64,000 bases of DNA from an uncultured Gemmatimonadales bacterium (lineage in GTDB: Bacteria; Gemmatimonadota; Gemmatimonadetes; Gemmatimonadales; GWC2-71-9), in the NCBI GenBank assembly GCA_963779755.1, contig CAVZZO010000003.1, forward strand, positions 576,001-640,000, given 5' to 3'. Shown here piece by piece: positions 58,401 through 64,000 of this stretch; within the stretch, counting starts at the first letter, position 1, and each line of letters begins with the position of its first letter. Position numbers and translations under genes: made by a program. The notes under the pieces were generated by a model, which saw nothing but the letters and a program-made list of their open reading frames with translations, was not told the DNA's origin and ran no database searches.

Positions 58401-61337
58401 TCAGAAATCGGACCCGAACCCCGCCCCGACGGCCATGGCCCCCCGCCGGGTGGCCGGGCCGGGAAGCAGGGTTACCGCCCCCCAGGTGCGCACGCGCAGC
58501 GGTACATCATATAAGACGCCTAAGTCCCAGGAGACTTCCACGCCGGTACTGGCCACCCGCCGCGGGCCGGCCGTGACGGGGCGCCAGACGCGGCCTTCAT
58601 CATAGAACGGCGCCAGGCTGATCCGGTCCAGCCCATACGGCAGATTCCCCAGCCCCTCATCCACCAGAGCCAGCGGAATGCGCAGCTCCAGCGAGCCGGA
58701 GGCAACCGTCCGGCCGGCCAGTTCCGATCCCTGGTATCCGCGCACCGGCCAGGTACGCTGGCTCGAGAGCGCCACCCCGGGCAACACCTGGTACGATCCG
58801 CCCGACGCCCCGCCGACACCATAGGTTTCGGCATCGGGACCGGCCGAGGTGGCGGCGGACAGGCGGGCCGCCAGCACCGGATGGGCGAAGAGGCCCAGCC
58901 CCTTGAAGGCCAGGTACCCCCGGGCGCGAAGCCGCCAGTCGTCGGACCACCCGGCCTGGTCCAGGCGCCAGCGACGGTGGTAGCGCAGGGTGATCGCGCC
59001 GCCGTCCTCCGCGCTGATGCCCAGGGGCGTGAAGACCAGTCGGGAGAGCGAAGCCGTCCCGCTGGCCCCGAGCCAGGCCGGGGTGCGGAAGCTCACCGGC
59101 GCATCGGCCCGGAAGGCATCCTGCTCGTAGTCACCCGCCACCCGGACACTCAGCGTCCTGCGCCATCCGCGCCAGCGAGCCGAGAGGCCCAGCTCGGCGT
59201 CGCGCTCCCGGCTCCGGACCGAGGCCGCCACCGGAACGGTGATGGTGCCAGCATCGCCCCAGCGCTGGTTCAGGTAGAGATCGAGCGCGTAGCGATCCCA
59301 GCGGCTGTAGACCAGCGAGAGGTTTCCTTCGAGCAATCCGGTATTGAGCCCCACCCCGGCCTGGGCCGTATAGCCCACGCGGCCGATCGGATCGCTCCCC
59401 GAGGTAAATGCGCCCAGGAATACGCCGGCGAAGCCCTTGTCGACCAGCGTCGGCAGATAGTAGTGCGGCAGCAGCGCCGCCCAGGGAGAGTAGCCCGTCT
59501 CCCGCAGGTGCAGGGTGTCGGGGTCCACCACTGCCCGGGCTCCGGGTAGCGCAAACCTGCCGGATTCCGCCCAGGACCCGCCGTCCGATTCCGACGACAG
59601 CCGGCTGGGAATGTTCCAGGCTCCACGATTCGCCGCCGCCGGCACTGGCGGCGCGGCCACCAGGGAGCGATAAGGCAGCCGCCGCAGGGCAAAACCATCG
59701 GCTTCGAGCGCAGTGAAGTAGAGCCAGCCGTCGGCCGCCAGCACCGGCCGGCTGGCGCCAGCCGCCTGGGCGGTCAGCTGCAGCGGCGGGCCGCCGGGCG
59801 GCAGGAGATACACCTGCGGTAACCCGGTCCGGTCGTTGGCCACGAGCAGGCTATCGCGTCCCGCCCAGGAGGGATCGGCCTGCAGACCCTCGCGCGGGGC
59901 GGGAAAGCCCTGCCGCACGTCCGTCGCGCCGGACTTGTCCACCACCACCAGCGACTGCAGATCCGCGGGCGGGACGCCGTCCCGATAGCCCCGCCGCACC
60001 ACCACCACATTGCCGGTCTCCGGCTCCATGGCGGGGGTGGCCCAGGTGGCGGCAGGCGCGAGCGGGAGGAGCGGCAGCACACGATTACCGGTCACCCGCA
60101 CCAGGCGGTTGCCGGCTGGTGTCACCTGTACCGCCACGATGCCGGCGGGCCCCGCCGCCAGGTCGGTCAGGCGGGCGTTGCGGGTGAGCCGTTCCCAGGA
60201 GCCGTTCCGCAAGCGGTGCAGGTCGGCACGGTAGTGGCTGGGATCGGTGTGGTCCAGCCAGGTGGCGTACAGCGTGTCGGCCCGCCAGGCCAGCCGCACG
60301 CCGCCGGTGGTGAGATAGCGATGCTCCACCCCGCCCTGCCGCACGACGATCTCGGGCGCGCGGCCACCCGGGGTGGAGACCCAGGCGAGGCCGCCCCCGG
60401 GCGAAACGGCCACCTGGGGGTCAGCCCGGAGGCCCGCATCGACCAGCTGGGAGGTGTCGGGCGCGAAGCCGCGGGGCGCCAGGCGGTAGCGATCGCGCAG
60501 GTCGCGCCAGAGCGAGTCCGGATCGAGTCCGCTGACCTGGCGCAGCGGCCGGCCCGTCCGGGTGGGGATCCACTGTCCCGAGGTCCGTTCCACGAAGCGC
60601 GGAATGGCGTCCGTGCCTGCGGCCTGGGCAAAGTGCTCGAGGAAGCGGGAGCCGAAGGCGTAGGGGCCCACGCCGTCGGGCCAGCGTTCGGAGAGATAGG
60701 TCGCTTCATTGGGCTTGGGCCAGCGAGCCGCCGCCGCGGCGGCGTCCAGAATGCGGGTGTGATAGCTGTCGCGCAGCCGCCCCGCCAGGCTCAGCCTGGT
60801 TTCGTAGTACACCGCCAGGCCTTCGATGGCCCAGGACGGCTGATAGGCATTGGGAAAGCTGCCGGGCGCACGGCCCAGCACATCCTGCAGTACGCTCCAG
60901 GGCCCCCGCACCCGGTCCAGGTGAAAGATGTGCGTCAGCTCGTGGGTGAGTAGCAGCGCCAGCCAGTCATCGTAATTCTGCAGGCCGGGCTGCGACGGCG
61001 GCGGCGTCAGGAGCAGGACGATGCGATCGCTGGGGAAGACGCCCGCGGCCCCGTTGGCGAAGTCGGCCGCGTTGCTCAGGACCAGGTCGACGGTTTCCCG
61101 CGGAGGAACCAGCTCGTCCGACAGCAGCAACCAGCTGCGCTCGGCGATGGTCGTGGCGCGGCGCGCCGCCACGGAATCGAGCGGCTCGAAATGCACCCGG
61201 AAATGCCGGCTGTGCAGAGTGTGCCATGACCCGGCCGGGCTCACCTGCGCCACGGCGGCGCCGGCTGTCCCGGCCAGCAGGACCAGGAAGAAGGCGCCCC
61301 CGATGATGCCGGCGCGGAACCCCGGGCGGCGGCTCAC
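58401..61337 (-). CDS. Zinc-peptidase + propeller + Omp85-like barrel protein
   Basis: HELTH, WAIEGLAVY, VRGY, SLELRIP, terminal F. Confidence 0.78.
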   Translation of the reverse strand: MSRRPGFRAGIIGGAFFLVLLAGTAGAAVAQVSPAGSWHTLHSRHFRVHFEPLDSVAARRATTIAERSWLLLSDELVPPRETVDLVLSNAADFANGAAGVFPSDRIVLLLTPPPSQPGLQNYDDWLALLLTHELTHIFHLDRVRGPWSVLQDVLGRAPGSFPNAYQPSWAIEGLAVYYETRLSLAGRLRDSYHTRILDAAAAAARWPKPNEATYLSERWPDGVGPYAFGSRFLEHFAQAAGTDAIPRFVERTSGQWIPTRTGRPLRQVSGLDPDSLWRDLRDRYRLAPRGFAPDTSQLVDAGLRADPQVAVSPGGGLAWVSTPGGRAPEIVVRQGGVEHRYLTTGGVRLAWRADTLYATWLDHTDPSHYRADLHRLRNGSWERLTRNARLTDLAAGPAGIVAVQVTPAGNRLVRVTGNRVLPLLPLAPAATWATPAMEPETGNVVVVRRGYRDGVPPADLQSLVVVDKSGATDVRQGFPAPREGLQADPSWAGRDSLLVANDRTGLPQVYLLPPGGPPLQLTAQAAGASRPVLAADGWLYFTALEADGFALRRLPYRSLVAAPPVPAAANRGAWNIPSRLSSESDGGSWAESGRFALPGARAVVDPDTLHLRETGYSPWAALLPHYYLPTLVDKGFAGVFLGAFTSGSDPIGRVGYTAQAGVGLNTGLLEGNLSLVYSRWDRYALDLYLNQRWGDAGTITVPVAASVRSRERDAELGLSARWRGWRRTLSVRVAGDYEQDAFRADAPVSFRTPAWLGASGTASLSRLVFTPLGISAEDGGAITLRYHRRWRLDQAGWSDDWRLRARGYLAFKGLGLFAHPVLAARLSAATSAGPDAETYGVGGASGGSYQVLPGVALSSQRTWPVRGYQGSELAGRTVASGSLELRIPLALVDEGLGNLPYGLDRISLAPFYDEGRVWRPVTAGPRRVASTGVEVSWDLGVLYDVPLRVRTWGAVTLLPGPATRRGAMAVGAGFGSDF

Positions 61338-63316
61338 CGGCCCGGCGGGTCCTCCGCGCGCCCCCGCAGGAAGGCACGAATTCCGTCGAACACGGCTTGC
61401 GCGTACAGCTGCTGACCCTGGGGGACGCGCAGTGCATACTCCTGCTGCGGCAGCATCATGAACATCCCCTCGGTGAGCAGCGATGGCATCCAGGTGGGGC
61501 GGACCAGCGCGAGGTCGCCGCGGCCGGCGCCCAGATCGCGCAGGCCGAGCCGCCGCACCAGCTCGCGTTGGACATCCAGCGCCAGCGGAAGGCTGGGGAG
61601 GTGGTTGTAGTAGTCGCTGGTCCCGTTGTTGGCGAAGGGGTTCACGCCGTCGGGCAGTGCGTTGTTATGGATGGACACCAGCAGATCGGCATCCAGGCTG
61701 TCCGCCTCTTTCACCCGCTGGTACAGACCCACCGGCACATCCGCTGTCCGGGTCAGCACCACGCGCGCGCCGGCGTTGGCGAGGAGGTCGCGCAGCCGGA
61801 GCGCCACCGCCAGGTTGGCCTCGGCCTCCCGCCATCCGGTGGGGCCGGTCGCGCCGAGGGGAGGATGCCCCGGATCCACCACGATGAGCCGGCCCTGGAG
61901 CGGGTGATCGGGGTCGATCACCGGAGGCCGGCGGATTTCCAGCACCAGGTCGGAGCGGTCCCAGCGGGCGCGCCAGCCCCAGAGCGGCCGGGACAGCTCC
62001 ACCGTGAAGCTGACCTCATCGGCGGCAGGCTGGTCCCAACGCATGGCGCGAACCAGCGAATCGAGAGGACCGTAGTGGATCCAGTTGACGTCGCCCGCCG
62101 CCTGATAGAAACGCAGCGTCAGCGACTGTTCACCCTCCTGGATCTCATACGGCACCCGGCGGCTCAGCGGCAGGCGCAGCAGCACGCGATCAGTTTCCGG
62201 CGTCAGGCTGGCACTACCGACGGTGGCACGCACCAGCGGCAGCTGGGACGGCAGGGGCTGCGCGTCGGCCGCGGGGGCCCAGGCCTCGGCATTGCGGGCG
62301 AGCCGCAGGCGCAGGTCGCCGTTCACGCGGCCGGTGGCCCAGGTGCGGGTGCCGGTGGGAAAGAACCAGTGATAGGTCGCGCCCGGCGCCGCGCGGCCGA
62401 CCGTCAGGCTGTCGGTGTCTCCCACTCCGGCGGTGTCGTCGTTCAGGACCACGGGGCGGGGGACGCTATCGAGTATCCCCAGGCGGATGTGCCAGCTGGC
62501 GCGGGCGGTGTCGGCGCCCAGAATCGCCTCCACCACGGGAAACGAGTCGGCCGGTGGGACGCACTGCTGCCCTGCCGGCTGCGCCGGGGGGCAGGGCGGT
62601 GCCGCACCCAGAAGCGGGCCTGGGTCCGGCCCCAGCGCGAGGCCGCGCAGGCTGCCGGCGTAGCGGTCGGCCCGGCGCTGCCGGATGAGATGCGCCGTAT
62701 CCCGGTCGAAGGCGCGGATTCCCCAGGGCACGTCGTCGTAGCCGGGATCGGCGGCCAGCGGAATCTCGGTACGGTCGGGCAGGACGATCCGCACCGTGGC
62801 GCCGGCCGCCGCACGCACCGAGACCGGCAAGGCTTCGTCCCGGGGCCACCAGACCCGGCCGGCAGGCGCGAGCGAGGTCGAGTCCACCCAGGCTCCGGAA
62901 TCGGGGGGCGTGAACCGCGGCGCGCGCCGCACCAGCCAGGTGAGGGCGGCGGTGTCCCCCGGCGTACGGGCCACCAGCTCGAATGCCATGACACTGTCCG
63001 GCGGGAGCGCGACCCAGGCCAGCCAGGCGCCGTTGGGCCAGACCTTCACCGGCGCCCCGTTGATGGTAAGCGAGGCGAGACCGGTGCCGACCGTGCCGAA
63101 CAGAAAACTGGAATCGCGCGCATCCACCACGTCGGTGGGGGCGGGATAGGCCACCTGGATCTCCAGGGGGCCGGTCACCAGCGGTACCGCCGGCAACGGA
63201 TTCTCTCCCCCGGCAGCGGCCCGGGGAGCGGGTCCGGCCCGGGGCGGCGATGGAGTGGCGGTGCAGGCCAACAGGGAGGCAAGCGGCAAAGCGGCGGCAA
63301 GCGAGCGGAGCAGCAT
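61334..63316 (-). CDS. N-acetylmuramoyl-L-alanine amidase (Amidase_3), lipoprotein
   Basis: LLAC lipobox; VDPGH, EAEANL, VLTR, SIHNN, LLTEG. Confidence 0.9.
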   Translation of the reverse strand: MLLRSLAAALPLASLLACTATPSPPRAGPAPRAAAGGENPLPAVPLVTGPLEIQVAYPAPTDVVDARDSSFLFGTVGTGLASLTINGAPVKVWPNGAWLAWVALPPDSVMAFELVARTPGDTAALTWLVRRAPRFTPPDSGAWVDSTSLAPAGRVWWPRDEALPVSVRAAAGATVRIVLPDRTEIPLAADPGYDDVPWGIRAFDRDTAHLIRQRRADRYAGSLRGLALGPDPGPLLGAAPPCPPAQPAGQQCVPPADSFPVVEAILGADTARASWHIRLGILDSVPRPVVLNDDTAGVGDTDSLTVGRAAPGATYHWFFPTGTRTWATGRVNGDLRLRLARNAEAWAPAADAQPLPSQLPLVRATVGSASLTPETDRVLLRLPLSRRVPYEIQEGEQSLTLRFYQAAGDVNWIHYGPLDSLVRAMRWDQPAADEVSFTVELSRPLWGWRARWDRSDLVLEIRRPPVIDPDHPLQGRLIVVDPGHPPLGATGPTGWREAEANLAVALRLRDLLANAGARVVLTRTADVPVGLYQRVKEADSLDADLLVSIHNNALPDGVNPFANNGTSDYYNHLPSLPLALDVQRELVRRLGLRDLGAGRGDLALVRPTWMPSLLTEGMFMMLPQQEYALRVPQGQQLYAQAVFDGIRAFLRGRAEDPPGR

Positions 63317-63363
63317 TGCTCCAAGGTACACGATGACTATGACTTACGCCAAGCGGCCATAAG

Positions 63364-63392
63364 TTGACGCTCTCCGCGGCGAGCCGTAGATT
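63364..63392 (+). promoter_or_regulatory. Sigma70-type promoter of the FHA gene
   Basis: TTGACG-N17-TAGATT. Confidence 0.65.
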
Positions 63393-63451
63393 TTCGCGAC
63401 CGGGCGGCCGCGCTCCCATCCCGGGGGTGACGGCGGCCGTTCAGCCCCCCG

Positions 63452-64000
63452 TTGATTGGCACTGATCCCCACCTGGAGGCGGCAACGTCCGATTCCGCGC
63501 CCTCACGGCCACCCGCCGGCCCCGCACCGCGGGCGCCGCGCCCGACCGACCCGGCGGGACGCTGTCCCAGCTGCGGCGCGGCCACGGTTCCCAGCCTCCC
63601 GTTCTGCGGCCAGTGCGGCACCCGGGTGGTGCCGGAGGGCGCGGGCGTCGCCTGCCCCACCTGCGGCCTGCGCTGCCAGGCGGGCACCAGATATTGTCCG
63701 TCCTGCGGCACGGTGATCGACCCGAGCGCGCCCACCCCGGCGGCTTCGGCGCGGGTGATGGCGCCGGTCGGCGTCACTCTGGTCCTGCTCGACCGCTCGG
63801 GCGCCGTGCTGCAGCAGTATCCGCTCGCCCGCGCGGTCACCTCTCTGGGCCGCCACGGGGCCGACATCAATTTCCCCGACGACGCCTATCTCTCGCCGCT
63901 GCACGCGCAGATCATCAACGCCGCGGGCGAGGTGCGGGTGCGCGATCTGGGCAGCCGCAACGGAACCTGGCTGTTCCTGGAGGAGCCGCATCGTCTGGCC
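63452..64000 (+). CDS. Double zinc ribbon + FHA domain protein (partial, runs off window)
   Basis: Manual translation: CPSC..CGQC..CPTC..CPSC then LGRHGADI...LSPLHA...DLGSRNGT. Confidence 0.88.
   Translation, partial: MIGTDPHLEAATSDSAPSRPPAGPAPRAPRPTDPAGRCPSCGAATVPSLPFCGQCGTRVVPEGAGVACPTCGLRCQAGTRYCPSCGTVIDPSAPTPAASARVMAPVGVTLVLLDRSGAVLQQYPLARAVTSLGRHGADINFPDDAYLSPLHAQIINAAGEVRVRDLGSRNGTWLFLEEPHRLA

Overview
High-GC chromosomal window, mostly minus-strand genes, probably from Gemmatimonadota (inferred from gene content such as an MglA with an insertion and many GWxTD-like paralogues; not checked against any database). It carries housekeeping blocks (dnaX-ybaB-recR-mglB-mglA-pgsA-cinA; pyk-MBL-pgi; ispG-ccdA-tlpA; rpiA; nrdJ) and a probable carbon-metabolism cluster headed by an ASRT-family gene. 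Highlights: (1) an SRP RNA (ffs) whose apical loop is UCGCC rather than a GNRA tetraloop; (2) a 50-bp duplication of the ffs 3' end that brackets an integrase-less islet of about 2 kb carrying a GWxTD-like gene; (3) a candidate structured sRNA of about 157 nt with its own -10 element and terminator upstream of ffs; (4) an AT-rich DnaA-box cluster (oriC-like) with no dnaA in the window; (5) six divergent GWxTD-like exported proteins, three of them in a gene run with an amidase, a metallopeptidase/propeller/Omp85-type protein and a Ser/Thr kinase ending in a TonB-C-like domain, opposite an FHA gene, which is a candidate trans-envelope system; (6) many 7/8-mer tandem repeats and REP-like hairpins, leaderless promoters and probable non-canonical start codons. 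All family calls come from motif recognition by eye.
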